From Mantamonas sphyraenae STR306 (Eukaryota > Protista > CRuMs), in NCBI GenBank assembly GCA_026936335.1, contig JAPMXV010000058.1:1-64000 (forward strand): a stretch of DNA of 64,000 nt. Direction: 5' to 3'. This document shows, in pieces, positions 47,335-63,209 of this stretch; the first letter of the stretch is position 1, and each line of letters begins with the position of its first letter. Made by a program: the position numbers and the translations under genes. Below the pieces are notes generated by a model. That model did not search any database, had not been told where the DNA came from, and worked only from the letters and a program-made list of their open reading frames with translations.

Positions 47335-48510
47335 TCAAATTTGCGTCAGGATGTCCACCCCATTCGCTGTGACGAGTACCGTGTGCTCAAATTGGGCCGA
47401 ACGTTTGCTGTCTGCCGTGAGCACCGTCCACAGGTCTGGCCACAGCAGGTCGTCCACGGTACCCTCGTTGAGCATGGGCTCAATGGTGAAGGTGATGTTT
47501 TCGCGCATGTGGCCCGGGTACGAATTGCGCGAGTGCAGAATGAGTGGTGGTGCATGAAACGTGTCACCAATCCCGTGTCCACAGTACCCCTCGGGCACTG
47601 TGTACCCGTATGGCTCTGCCACATCACACACGGCGTCTCCAATGGCAGAGAAAGCGACTCCAGGAGCACAAACATCAATGCCTGCCTGCAAGCTGCGCTG
47701 CGTGACCTCCACTAGCTGCCGCCCATCCTCGTCCACATTGCCGACAAGATATGTCCGCGATGTGTCGCCATGCATGCCGAATTTGTACACGGTCACATCC
47801 ACGTTGATAATGTCCCCATCCTGTAACTCCCGCGAGTCTGGAATACCATGGCACACCACGTTGTTCACGCTCGTGCACACGCTCTTGGGGAAGCCACGAT
47901 AGTTCAGTGGCGATGGGTATGCGTCGTGCGATACCACAAATTCGTGGATCCGCGCATCAATCTCTTCTGTGCTCACGCCAATCCCCACCAGAGTCTCTGC
48001 AAAACACAGCGTTTCGGCGGCAAGCTTGCACGCGTCCCTCTGCCTTGCAATCTGCTCCGCGCTCTTAATTTCAATGTGATCGGCCATGTCCCGCACTTTT
48101 CCTGTCTTTGCGTACGGCGGACGAGCGATGTGTGCCGGCACGCTCCGCATGGGGCTCACCACTCCCGGCGTGTCAATGGCCTCGTACGCAAGCCCTCGCA
48201 CACCGCCTACCCTCGAGCTCCGTGTCCAGATGCCCGACGAAGAACCATCCCATGCAAGTCCTATTCCCTGCATGCGCGTGTGTGATCCATCCACGCCCGT
48301 CCATGTGGCAAACGAGCGAGTCCCTGGTCCGGGCTGCCTTTCCTGAACCTCCCCCTGTGTTTCTTCCGCGTTCTCAGCCTGCTCCGCCATTTCTGCCTGT
48401 GCCAATTTGCTTTTGATGATCCGACGTGCAATCCTCTCTGCCCGTTTCTTCTGCCGACTCGTGACAAACTTGCCCTTCTTCAACAACGACCCGCCAACCC
48501 CGCTGCTCAT
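47335..48510 (-). CDS. Methionine aminopeptidase type 1 (MetAP1D/organellar-like); start uncertain
   Basis: YPSPLNYRGFPKSVCTSVNNVVCHGIPD, INVDVT, HGDTSRT, GHGIG, FTIEPM and SAQFEHT, with a basic N-terminal extension. Confidence 0.93.
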   Translation of the reverse strand: MSSGVGGSLLKKGKFVTSRQKKRAERIARRIIKSKLAQAEMAEQAENAEETQGEVQERQPGPGTRSFATWTGVDGSHTRMQGIGLAWDGSSSGIWTRSSRVGGVRGLAYEAIDTPGVVSPMRSVPAHIARPPYAKTGKVRDMADHIEIKSAEQIARQRDACKLAAETLCFAETLVGIGVSTEEIDARIHEFVVSHDAYPSPLNYRGFPKSVCTSVNNVVCHGIPDSRELQDGDIINVDVTVYKFGMHGDTSRTYLVGNVDEDGRQLVEVTQRSLQAGIDVCAPGVAFSAIGDAVCDVAEPYGYTVPEGYCGHGIGDTFHAPPLILHSRNSYPGHMRENITFTIEPMLNEGTVDDLLWPDLWTVLTADSKRSAQFEHTVLVTANGVDILTQI

Positions 48511-48580
48511 TGCCTGCTGCCCAAGTTTTTGTGCCTGCCCAGGCGTTGGCAAACAAACCACACCCAGACCCCCCACTACC

Positions 48581-50083
48581 ATGTCGCGTAGGTCCAGCCG
48601 CCGTCGCGACGGCACCTACACGGGCAAGTTGGAGAACCACAACGACCTCCGCACCATGGGCGTCTTTACCTTCCCGTCCATCTTGTCGAACGGCGACCCG
48701 TACAAAGACACCAAAGTCGGTATGTTGCCCCGTTGGCTGCTTCATGCATCCATCCTTGTTCCCCGTCAGCTTTTTCGTGCCCACTTCCATGTCTCCCCGG
48801 TCTCCACTCTCCACGGGTCGCTGCCCTGTCGAGGGGTACGGGGGTCCCATCGTTTTGAATGGAAGCTTCCGCCGTGGCCCTTGCACCTTTTGGGCCATTG
48901 TCGCTGGCCTATGCCTGATGGACATGTCACATACAGGGTCCCACGGCGCTATGCGACCGATTCGCAATGCATGGCAGCAAAGGGGGTATCGTGGTGCCGC
49001 CTGGTCGGCCCAGGGTGACGCAGAGGACGGGTGTATCCACTCGGAGTGGCAACGGTCGAAAATTGCCCAAGACCATGCCCCATGGGCCCCAGAAGCATGG
49101 TGCGATACTGACACTTACCTCATCGTATCCACCACGGATAATTGGACAATTCACCATGTCATCTGCCTGGACGGCGTGTGTTGAACATGCCCTCAGAGCC
49201 GCACTCGAGGTTCCGGTCGTTGGAACATCGACAGTTCCAGACGTCGCCGATCAAAAAGGGAAAGACTGCCGACGTGTACATGAGCACGTACGAGTACAAA
49301 ACGGATCCGTACGTGGATCCGCAGAGTCTTCAGCTGCGCATGGAGAGCAAGAAGAAGGACGGAGCGCAGCCGTGGGTGCCGACGCCAGGACCGAAAAAGA
49401 GCACTGGTATGGGCTCCACGTACGGCCTTCTGGACAAGAAATTCCAGTATGCGCACGACGAGTATGTGGACAACATCAGCAGCGTGCGTGATCGACGAAA
49501 GCGCAAGACGGCTCGTAGGGAGTACGACGCAGACGGCAAGCCCAACTTCAAGGTCAACTATCCCAAGAAGGGTGGGTATGGATACCCCGGGACAGCCATT
49601 GGTGGTGGGGACGTGCGCTACGAGTCGGATCCGTACGAGGACCCGAGCAAGCTGCTCGCGAATCTGCGCAAGACAAAGCTGCCCAAGGACCAGCCGCCGT
49701 TTGTGGCCAGCACACGCAAGGTGTCCGACGTGTTTGACAAACGTGTGTTTAGCGAGGACACGGCCACAAAGCGCATGGCTGCCAAGAAGGAACGCACCGA
49801 GGCTCGCCGCCGTAAAAAGAAGAAGGAGATCAAGCCGTTTGTGCCCAGCGGAACCGGGGCCAAGAACACCATCGGCAAGTTCCCCGAGCACATGGTGGAC
49901 GAATATGACGATCCCATCACGCTGTTCAACGAGGGAGGCAAGAACCTGAAGAACCGCAAGAAGAAGAAGAACCGCAACCGGGAGAAGCTGGGAGTGTTTA
50001 AGCCAGCCAGTGCCACAGCCACTGTCATTCCCACTCGCAGTATTTCCAAAGCAAACATTGGATTGTCGCCACGCACGCTGTGA
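48581..50083 (+). CDS. CFAP96/C4orf47 (UPF0602)-like ciliary protein; exons 48581-48719 and 49197-50083
   Basis: MGVFTFPSILSNGDPY, QFQTSPIKKG, NFKVNYPKKGGYGYPG and IGKFPEH. The intron GTATGT..CAG is in phase 1. Confidence 0.7.
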
Positions 50084-50152
50084 GAGGAGCAGGGAGCGCA
50101 CGCGGGGCCAAATCCTTGCCACGTGCATCGAATTGAACCCAGGAATTTCACA

Positions 50153-53100
50153 ATGCAATCTCGGAGAGTTGTGCTCGTAGTGTGGATGATTGTGGGGTTG
50201 CTGTGTATGGCGGGTGACGTGGTGCACGGTGACGAGAATGGAGCGGCCAAGAACATTGCCGTCAACGTGGAATCGCAGTGGTTTGAAACCTCACGGCTGG
50301 ACGAGGCTGTCGAGTACTTTGGTAGCCAGAGCGAAGAGCGACTGTGGTCGTATGTAGAGGCTTTGAATGCGGTGGAGGTGGACCAGAGCGCCGAGGGAGC
50401 GTGGAACTCGGAGGAGGTTGTGGACAAGGCGCTGGAGGCTGGCCGGGTGCTACTGGGCGACACGACGAGTCAGGCTGAGGACGAGGGGCTTGGCATGCGT
50501 GTTTTCCGCGCAGTGCTGGCCACTCGAGCCATGTCGCCTCGTGTTGCGTTGCACACAGCTGTGTACATGGCGAGCGGAGCCGAGACGCCCGAGTGCAGCT
50601 CGTGGGTCACCTTTCGAGGCCGCGCATTCTGCGATGTGGCGTCGCTGCTGCAGGAAATGTCTCCCCACGTTCACAAGGATGACGATCTGACGGACAGGGT
50701 GGCGGAGTACTCGGGATCGCCACGGGAAGGAGGTAGGGCCGCGAGAGTGGACACGTCATGCGCGGCGGCCTCGGCGGAAACAAGCGCTGTGCGCTGTTCC
50801 CCTCGCCAACACACACACGCACACGCACACACCTCGCTCACACAAACACACTCCTCCACAGGTGACGAGTACAACAAGGAAGTGGACCACGTGTACCCGA
50901 GCACGTACGCACATTCGACGGCGTTGTACACGGCGGTGCTGCACACGCGTGCGGTTGGTTCGCCCCTGTTCCGCAAGCTGCACGAAGCTCTGAAGAGGGC
51001 AGCGCGTCTGCACCACGTGCGCTACGTGTTGCGCATGGTTGATCCAGACGCACACAAGCGTGGCCGGTTCAATCTGCAGAGCTACGGTGTCGAGCTGGCC
51101 ATCAAGAGCACCGAGTACAAGGTCATCGATGACAGCGCTGTGTTCACTCCGGAAGGTGAGGGAAAACAGCAGGGCACATTCGACACACATCTGTTCCCCT
51201 CCATCTGTCCCTCCATACATGTGTCCTAACACAACACCCAACCACACAGACCAACCAACCCCGCCGGCCAGTCTTGACATCCCGCCCTCGCTGCACTGGC
51301 AGCAGGTGGGCATGAACCTGACTGCAATCAAGACTTGGCAGGACAAAGCTGGCCAAGACGAGGCCTTGGAGGAGCTGGAGGACTCATTGAGCAAAGAGGA
51401 GGCTGTGCGCAAGCTGGACGTGTGGCAGTTGCAGGACCTCGGTTTCCAGGCATCGCAGCTGGTGCTGGGAAGCGCCGATCCGCTGGAGGCGCTGGAGCAG
51501 GTGAGTCAGAACTTCCCTGCGCTGGCACACACGGTGGCACACGTCAAGGTGGACACGACGATGAAGGAGGCGCTTCGTACATACCAGCAGCACTACATGG
51601 GCAAGGGCACGAACCGAGTTCTGCTCAACGGTCGCCCCGTAGAGGAGAGCAGCACAGTGTACTCGCTGCTGCGTCAGCTGGAACAGGACCAGCGAATCGT
51701 GCAGGGGATCGCAGACGCTGGCGTGGATGCGAAACACGTGGGACGCGTGTTTCCCCGCTCGTACCACATGCAGACGTCAGCGCGCGTGGATGCACGTGGC
51801 GACGCAGTGCGCTATATCAACGACCTGGAACGGGATGGCATGTACCGATCGTGGCCGAGCAGTGTGCGCGAACTGCTTGCACCAACCTACCAAGGCCAGA
51901 TCAAGTTTGTGCGCAAGAACCTGTACACGGCTGTGCTGGTGTTGGACGCATCCATGATGAACAGCCTGCGTCTGGTCAACTCTGTGTTTCGCTACTGGCG
52001 CAATCAGGCGCCTGTCCGCTTTGCCTTTCTCTTTGTGGGTCAGGTGAACAAGCAAAGCACCAGTACGGATGATGTGGTCGAAGAGGTGGCTCTGAGCGAT
52101 ATTTCCGATGCAGGCAACGAGGTAAGCGATCGTGTGGCCCGTCTGTATTACTACCTGCTGGAAAAGCTGGGCAACAACGCAGCGATGAATTTTCTGCTGC
52201 AGCTGTACCAGGCTGGTTATCGTGCTGGCGTAAGTGGACGCCTGGAGATGACGCATGTGCAGCAGGCCTTTGGTGGTGTGCTGGGCACGATGGGGCGCCT
52301 GTCGCATCGTGGCGCGTTTGAGGGGGTTATGCACGACGACGACGAGGCAGCGATGCAGATGAAGGCACAGACGCAGTTGCTGCGTGAGAAGGGCCTGTAC
52401 ACGGCCAACACGATGCTGATCAACGGTATGGTGTATGCTGGCGACCAGGTGGACGAGGTGCTTGTGCAGTCGGTGTTTGATGAGGCAGCACGGTTGCGCA
52501 TGTTTGTGCACCAGGGCAAGCTGACGGACAAGGACTCGGTGTACGACTGGTTGATGGAGCAGCCCGGCGTCGTGCCGCGTCTCAACAAGGCCATTCTGTC
52601 TGTGGGTGGCGGAGGCAACAAGAACGACGGCGCGGTCCTCAAGTTTGCGGACCTGACCACGGCCGAAGCAATGGCTGTGGACGAGAAGCTGGCCTACCTT
52701 TCGAACCGCAAGGGGAGCAAGTATCACAAGAGCGCCAGCGTGTGGGTGGTGACCGACATGAGCAGGCCCGAGGGGGTGCAGATGGCCAAGCGTGCCATGA
52801 AGTGGGTGGCCGACGAAAAGGGCAGCTCACATCTGTTCCGTGTGGCCGTGCTGCACCATGGCACCGAGGCGGCACACGAAGCCGTGCAGCAAGTGTACGC
52901 CGAGGCCGGAGTGGAGACATCGGGCAGCGCGGACATGCGTGCACATCGGTCGTTTGTGGAGCAGGTGCTTGGGGTGCCCATGGGCCACAGTGCGTTGGTG
53001 CTGAACGGACGCGTGATGGACCTGGGCAAAGAGTCGGCTGCACAGTTTGTGGAAGGCGACATGGCGCTGCTGGAGCACACAGAGACGTACGGCGTGAGCA

Positions 53101-54938
53101 CACGGGTGTACGGGGCATTGGCCGACCTGCCGGAAATGGAGAGGATGAGCAAACGCCAGCGTTCGCAGGCTGTGATGCGCATTGTCAGTGTGGTAGCCAA
53201 GGATGCAGCGGAAAAGGTGCGCACCGAACTGCCAGGTGCAGTGTTCCAGACGCGTGATGTGGCGTACCGAAGCCACGCGAACGGCGGGGACAGCCAAGCA
53301 GTGCGCGTGCAGGCCATTGTGGATCCGCTGAGCGTGTACGCGCAAAAGATGAGTGTGCTCATGCGCTGGTTGCGCGACGAGTTTGGCGCAAGCGTGGATG
53401 TGGCGATGAACCCTGTGGAAGGGATAACAGACATGCCTCTGAAGTCGTTCTACAGATACACAGTGGACAGCCGCAGGACCACGGGCAAGGGACCGTGGAC
53501 AGTGTTTGCAGGTGTGCCTGCAAACGGAGTGCTGACGATGAACCTGGCCGCACCGGAGTACTGGCTGATTGAGGCTGAGCGAGCGGCGCACGACCTGGAC
53601 AACATCCGGCTGCTGGACCTGGGCGAGGCGGAGACGATGTATGCGACGTATCGCATGAAGCACTTGGTGGTAACAGGCCATTGCTATGACGCAGACGTGC
53701 GAGATGCCCCACGTGGGCTGGAACTTACGCTGGGCAAGTACGACACCATTGTGATGAGCAACCTGGGCTACTTCCAGCTCAAGAGTCAGCCGGGCGTGTG
53801 GCCACTGGAGCTGAAGGAGGGACGTGGGCGAGAGCTGTATGAGATGAGCCGTGGCGGCGCAGAGAGCCACCGCATGGAGGTGGCCGTGCAGTCGTGGGAA
53901 GGCAAGGTGGTGCGCCTGTGGGTCAACAAGCGTGCAGGCAAGGAACAGGAGGAGCTGCTGGTGGATGAGAACGAAAAGAAGGGCTCGGGAAGCGGAGGGC
54001 TGTTTGGCATGATGCGCAACATGATGGGCGGCAACAAAAAGCAAGCCGAGGAGGAGGCGGCGGAGCAGGAAGCCAAGGCAGCCAAGAACGGGGTGGCAAC
54101 GCGAAAGAAGCAGGCAGACATCAACGTGTTCTCCATTGCAAGTGGACACCTGTACGAACGCTTCCTGCGCATCATGGTGTTGAGCGTGATGAAGCACACA
54201 AAGAAGAGCGTCAAGTTCTGGTTCCTGGGCAACTACCTGTCGCCGCAGTTCAAGAAACTGATGCCGCGGATGGCAGCTCGATATGGCTTTGAGTACGAAC
54301 TGGTATCGTACCAATGGCCGTCGTGGCTGAACAGGCAGACGGAAAAGATGCGTCTGATCTGGGCGTACAAGGTGCTGTTCCTGGACGTGCTGTTCCCCAT
54401 CGACCTGGACAAGATCATCTTTGTGGACGCAGACCAGGTGGTGCGTGCAGACCTGTACGAGCTGATTCAAATGGACCTGCATGGGCGTGTGGCCGGGTAC
54501 ACGCCGTTCTGCAACTCGCGCGCGGACATCGAGGGCTTCCGCTTCTGGAAGTCGGGATTCTGGAAGCAACATCTGCAGGGTCGCCCCTACCACATTTCCG
54601 CCCTGTACGTGGTGGACCTGAAGCGCTTCCGGGCGCTGGGCGCGGGTGATCAGTATCGCGTCACGTACGAAAGTTTGTCCAAGGACCCGAACAGCTTGAG
54701 CAACCTGGATCAGGATCTGCCGAACTACCTGCAACACGTTGTACCGTTGCACTCGTTGCCGCAGGAGTGGCTGTGGTGCGAGAGTTGGTGCAGCGAAGAG
54801 AGCAAGGCACGTGCAAAGACTATTGATCTGTGCAACAACCCCATGACCAAGGTGCCCAAACTCGAAGCAGCTGTGACGATTATTCCCGAGTGGCGCGAGC
54901 TGGACAAGGAGGCGCGAGCGAGCGTGGGCTTGGCGTGA
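50153..54938 (+). CDS. UGGT: UDP-glucose:glycoprotein glucosyltransferase; probable introns 50733-50861 and 51156-51249
   Basis: Signal peptide, YGVELAIKSTEYKVIDD, INVFSIASGHLYERF, IFVDADQ, LSNLDQDLPN and WLWCESWC (GT24 domain). Confidence 0.95.
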
Positions 54939-55227
54939 AGAAAGTTCCCAACTTCACAATGAAGCACCTCTTCTTTTGCTCCCCAGTCACCGTTGGGAGA
55001 TGGACGAAGCGCAGGACATGTGTTGTGTACGGAATTCAGACGATTGCGGGTGTCACATGCACTGTTGTGGCCTTCAGGCAGTGTCGGGGAGAAAAAAGGG
55101 AGGTGTGTCCGGGCGAGTTTTGCGCCTGTCCGTGTCCGGACACAGGGCCGGGAGGGTACAAAAGCGATTGGGCCGAAGCTGCGCCATGTCAGCCAACACC
55201 AACGAACAACTCCGTTAAACCTACATT

Positions 55228-57897
<2,670 letters not shown>

Positions 57898-58075
57898 GCA
57901 CGTGCAACCGGCTGACAGCATTGAAGAATGAACATCCCACGCTTCCCTTCCCTTCCCTTCCCCCCTCCCCCTCTTTGCAGCCTCCTTGCTTTCTCCCTTG
58001 CATGGCACCGCCCAACACAACCCGACCACAAAGACCCCCCTTTCCACGTTCCTCCATTTCCCCTCCCATCCACTC

Positions 58076-61000
58076 ATGTCGATCGACACTAGCGACGAAG
58101 AGTGGATGGACGACATGCCACCACCACCGCCCCCGCCACCACCCCCCGTGGGTGAGTGGGACTCGTCAGACGAGGAGGACGAGGAGGAAGAGGAATTGGA
58201 CGAGTTGGACGTGCCTCTGCCGCCCACACCCAGCACCCCGTCGGCACACGACCGCTCCGACGTGGCTCCACCCACACCGCCCGTCATTGGGGACGACAAT
58301 GGATTCAGCAGCGACTCGTCGGACGACGAACTGGATGCACCGCTTCCACCGACGCCGCCTTCCGCTGCCGAGCCACAGACGGCTACGCCTCAGCAGGGCG
58401 AGAGGGTGCACCGGTACCAAGACGGCGACAATGACGACGACAAGGATGATGAACAGGTGGAGCAGGACGACGAAGACGACGAGGAAGAGGAGGAGGACGA
58501 CGAAGCAGACGCTCCTTTGCCTGCGCTTCCTTCGAGTTCAGGTAAGCCCGCGTTCACCTGGCCCGCGCACAGTCCACATACACACATGCGTCCGTGTACA
58601 CGTCGCACATGCACTCTACCATGCCGACGTTGCCTCCCATACAATTTTCCCACGCCATACGTGTCTGCTTCACGCGTGCTGGTGGCCCGTGTCCACGCAA
58701 CCTTCCTCGCCCCACTTCCCACCGCCTTGCATCACGCCCCTGCATCCGCCGCCACATACTCCTTTACCACCGCACGCACACGTGTGCACACACACACACA
58801 CATCCATCGCCCTCTCATTGCAACCTATTAAGCACGTTCCGCCTCCCCGCATGGCCCGTCCCCACCGTCTGTCGCCTGCCTTGGCTGGGAAAGGCAAAAA
58901 CGCACCGACTTCGCGGATTGCCCTCCCGCCAAACTCGTGTGCCGCCAACGCCGCAAACCGGCCGTGCACACACACCGCACACGCAGTCTGCACACGCCTT
59001 GTACTCACACTCACCCCACTCGTGCGCGTTCCCACACATCCAGATGGCCTGCACATCGAGAGCAAGAAGGCCGCAAACTCCGCCCCGGGCGTGATTGTAA
59101 ATCGCTCTTCCCGCCTCAGCACAGACGGAAGCCTATACCCTCCGGGCACCACCCTCGGCCTCGAAGTGACGTCCGACTACCGCGCCACCTTTCAAAAGAG
59201 CAGCTCTGCACTCAGCTTGCTGTCCACAGGCTCAGCAACCTCCTCCACCTCCACTTCCTCCACCACCAGCAACTCGTACACCTCAGCCAGCTCCGACGAC
59301 CAAACAAACCACCGAAGCAGCAAGCGCGCCTCCCGTTCCTCCATGGGCAAAGACTTTGAGAGCAAAAGCAACCTCTTCAAGTTTCTCGGCCGCACCACAA
59401 GTCGCTCTGCACACTCCAGCAGCATGGAGGAGATTGAGCGCAACGTGAGCATCCCCAAGATGAGTGCCACCTCTCCCAAGTTTGCACGCCATGCAAACGG
59501 CGCCTTTGGCTTGACGTCTGTCGACGAAGGCGACCTTGATCCCACCGCCACCGAAACTGCAGAGGAGTACCGCCGCAAGTGGATCAAACCCAGCAGCAAG
59601 GATGCGGTGAAGCACCTGTTGCCTCTGCAATACGACAGTGATATCGACCTCTCCCTCCACGAACACGTCCTCGAGCTCCAGCTCATCAACCAACTCCACC
59701 AGAACGCACAGCTCGACCGTGACCTGCGCCTGTACATAGACAAGATCAAGGAAGTCCACCGCATCGAGCAAACAGAGACCGACGTCATGCCCAACACCAC
59801 CGCCGCCGCCTCCTCCTCCTCTTCTTCCACGGCTGGCGCACACGCAAACGACCCCAGTGCAAGCAGCAGCAGCTCATCATCCTCCTCTGCAGTTGTATCG
59901 GCCGCAGCTTCGTCCGCGAACGAAGGCGACGCAGCGACTACGGCCGATGACGTTGTAGGCGAAGAGCCACCGGCACGCCCTGGACCGGGAGGCATGCGAC
60001 GGACGTCGTCCATCAAACTGGGCGTGGCAGGCACGTCAGTGGGCGCAAGTGCAGGTGCGCACCCTGTCACCCTGTTTACGCTGTCGACACCCGAGGAGGA
60101 GGAAGGCGAGGGAGCGAGCACGGGGCTGGACACACCCAGTGACAGCCAGGAAACAGAGGCCATGTACCGCATGACCAATGTGGTGTCGCCCATCTCTTTG
60201 GAAGACGTGGGCAAGCGACCCAGTCTCAAGCGAGGCGCAAGCAGCTCCTCATTCGGCTCTCTGAGTGCACTCAACCCAGCGGCCATTGACCAGGCCCTGG
60301 CCGCCGTTGGGTCCGGCGATGACCACTCGTCCCCGGGTGCCGACGGCAGCAGTGGACAACGCCGAGGCTCGGGAGGCACGGGCAAGCCTCCTCTGTACAA
60401 GGGCTCCTCGGCAGCGTCGTTCTCCTCGGAACTGGCTGCGCTGCACGGCAACGGGGGCCATGGCAACGGCAGCGGTGCAGGCAACGGGATGGACACGCGT
60501 GCCATGTCGCCCAACTCGAGTGTGGGCTCGTCGGACGGCAGTGGCACAGAGGATCCGCTGGGGCCGTCGCCGATTGCCGAGTTTCGCTCGCATTCGGGAA
60601 CGCGGTCCACTCGCTTTGTGCGCTACGACGACGAAGACGACGACGACGATGAACAGAACTACGAACTGGAGCGGTCGCTGTTCGAGGCCGCCACCATCCA
60701 GGACCTGTCGCTGTTTGCCAGCATGCTGGGCGACGACGAGTACGAGTACATCGACATCAACTGGCCCAACCCAGACATGCACTTTTTCACCGTACTGCAC
60801 ATGGTCTCATCGGTGGGTAATCTGGAAATGCTGCGTCTGCTGCTGGAATGGGACGCCGAACGTGACCCAACTACAGACGAGCCGCTGAACCTGAATGTGG
60901 CCGACGATGAGGGGCGCACACCCATCATGCACGCCTGCATCCACAACTTTACGGACATTGTGGCCACCCTGGTGGACGCCGGGGCCAACATCGACCTGGT

Positions 61001-63137
61001 AGACATGTATTACCGTTCAGCCATGCACTACGCCTGCCTGCGCGGCACAAGCAGCTGTGTGCAGCTGCTCCTCGACAGCGGTGCACACATCCACACAAAA
61101 GACTACATGTTCATGTCGCCCCTGCACGTGGCCTGCCAGTTTGGCCGCCTGCGCAGCGTGAAAATGCTTGCGCGTGCTGCGTCGCAACGGTATGCCGTCG
61201 AACCCACGGATCTGGACAAGCTCACACCGCTGCACTACGCCGCGTATGTGGGCAGCTTTGCAGCCTGTCAGGAGATCCTGCGCATTGCACCGGATGCGGC
61301 ACGCAGCAAGGATGCACTGGGGTACACGCCCGTGCATGCGTTGGCCATGACACCCAACAGCATGCTGCTGGAAACGACGGCCAAACATCTGATCACAAGC
61401 GCCGTGGATCTGTTGACCACCACCGCACAGGGCCACACGCCGCTGGTGGTGGCTGTGCGCAGCCACAACTTTGCCTTTGTGGACATGCTCATACACACCA
61501 TGCGCAAGGACTTTGGCGGCGACGAAGGTGTCTTGGAAATGGTCAACAAACCAGACCGCAAGTCACGCAACGCTCTGTACCACGCCGTGGTGGCCAACGC
61601 GCCGCCGGACGTCTGCCTTTCCATCCTGCGCAACGGCGCCCTGATCGATCCCAAGCTGCTCGGGGTGGCGGCCACCAAGGGCCACCACCACCTGTGCCAG
61701 CTGCTGCTGGACAATGGCGCCAAGCTGGGCGTCAAGGATGGCCGCGGCTGGACGGAAATCATGCATGCGGTGCATCGTGGCCGCTACGCCGCCCTGCTGG
61801 TCATGCTCAAGTGGGATTCAGAGAACACGACGGGCAACAGGCTGTTCAAACGCGACCACGACCTGCTGGACATGAAGGACAGCAAGGGAAGCACAGCGCT
61901 GATGAAGGCGTGTGCGGTGCACACCAAGTGTGCCACGCTGCTCGTGCGGTGCGGTGCACGTGTGGATCTGATCGACGACGCCGGGCAGAGTGCACTGCAC
62001 CGTGCGGTGTGCAAACGCAACGGCAAGTGTGTGGAAATGCTGCTGCGGCTGGGACAGGCGAATGTCAATCTCAAGGACCACGCAGGAGTGACGCCTCTGC
62101 ACGAGGCCTCGCGCCTCGGATACACGGAAATCCTCACCCTGCTGCTGGAGTACAAGGCCGAACTGGACGTCAAGGATCTGGACGGACAGTCGCCTCTGCA
62201 TGGGGCAGTGTACTGGAATCAGCTGGAATGTGTGCGTGCGCTGCTGGAAATGGGTGCCAATCCAAACGCACGCGATTCCGAGGGCAACACGCCCATGCAC
62301 CTGGCCGCCCTGCGCAACGCAGAACAGTGTGCACAGTACCTTTTCATGCGCGGCGCCAAGCTGCGCAAGAACGGCCACGGTCGCTCGCCCATGGACATGG
62401 CCCAGGACTACAAGAACACCTCCATGGTCGAGCTGCTGGAACGCCTGGCCGACAGCAAGGCCCCGGCCTACGTCGACGAAAACATCTTTTCGGGCTTTCT
62501 GGAGAAGCGTCGCGGTGGCATGATGAGCTCGGTGAACGTGTGGAAACGCCGCTTCTTTGTTCTGCGTGCAAATCGCCTGTTCTACTTTGAACACGAGACA
62601 GAGAGCGAGCATCGGGCCGTCATGTTCCTGAACGACCTGTATGTGCGTGAGGACGAACTCGGCTCCTGTGCCTTTTCCATCCTCACTCCGTGGAAGCAAT
62701 GGGATGTCGTGGCGGACAACCTGGACAACAAGAAAGAGTGGATCAAACAGCTGCGCATGGCGTCCGCCTCGCCCGTCTCGTCGGAGGAGGAGTTTGAAGC
62801 ACGCCGAGGCACAAACAAATCGCTCTTCAAGAAGGACCACGGCCAGCAAGAAACGCCGTTTGCCGACCTGGACGAGCAGGAGGAGGTTGAACCGCACAGC
62901 GCCCAGCAGTACCCGACATTATGGGCCTTTGACGTGGGCAAGTCCCACATGCAGCGAGCATGGGACACAGACACCCAGGGACCGCAGCTTGTCAAGGACT
63001 TTGACGTGTACCGTGAGCAGTCCCTGCAGGCCGCCTTGGATTTCTGCCGCAAGCCCGCCAGCCCGGGCAATGTCAGCGCACAGCTCGACGCCCTCGTCGA
63101 GCAGATGGTGATTGCTGACATTGAGTTGGACGAATAG
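58076..63137 (+). CDS. Ankyrin-repeat and PH-domain protein with low-complexity N-terminus; exons 58076-58541 and 59044-63137
   Basis: Many G.TPLH.A ankyrin repeats (~60.7-62.45 kb), then a PH motif SGFLEKR..WKRRFFVL..KKEWIKQL. The intron GTAAGC..CAG is in phase 1. Confidence 0.88.
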
Positions 63138-63209
63138 ATGGCCGAAGTACATTGGATGCATTTGCATGTCTCTCCCTCTCACGCTCGCTTTCTTGTGCAC
63201 GTCGCTCGG

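Noticed and set aside
49110-49121. ACTTACCT resembling the U1 snRNA 5' end
   Set aside because: No U1 stem-loop I/II motifs or Sm site follow in the right order.
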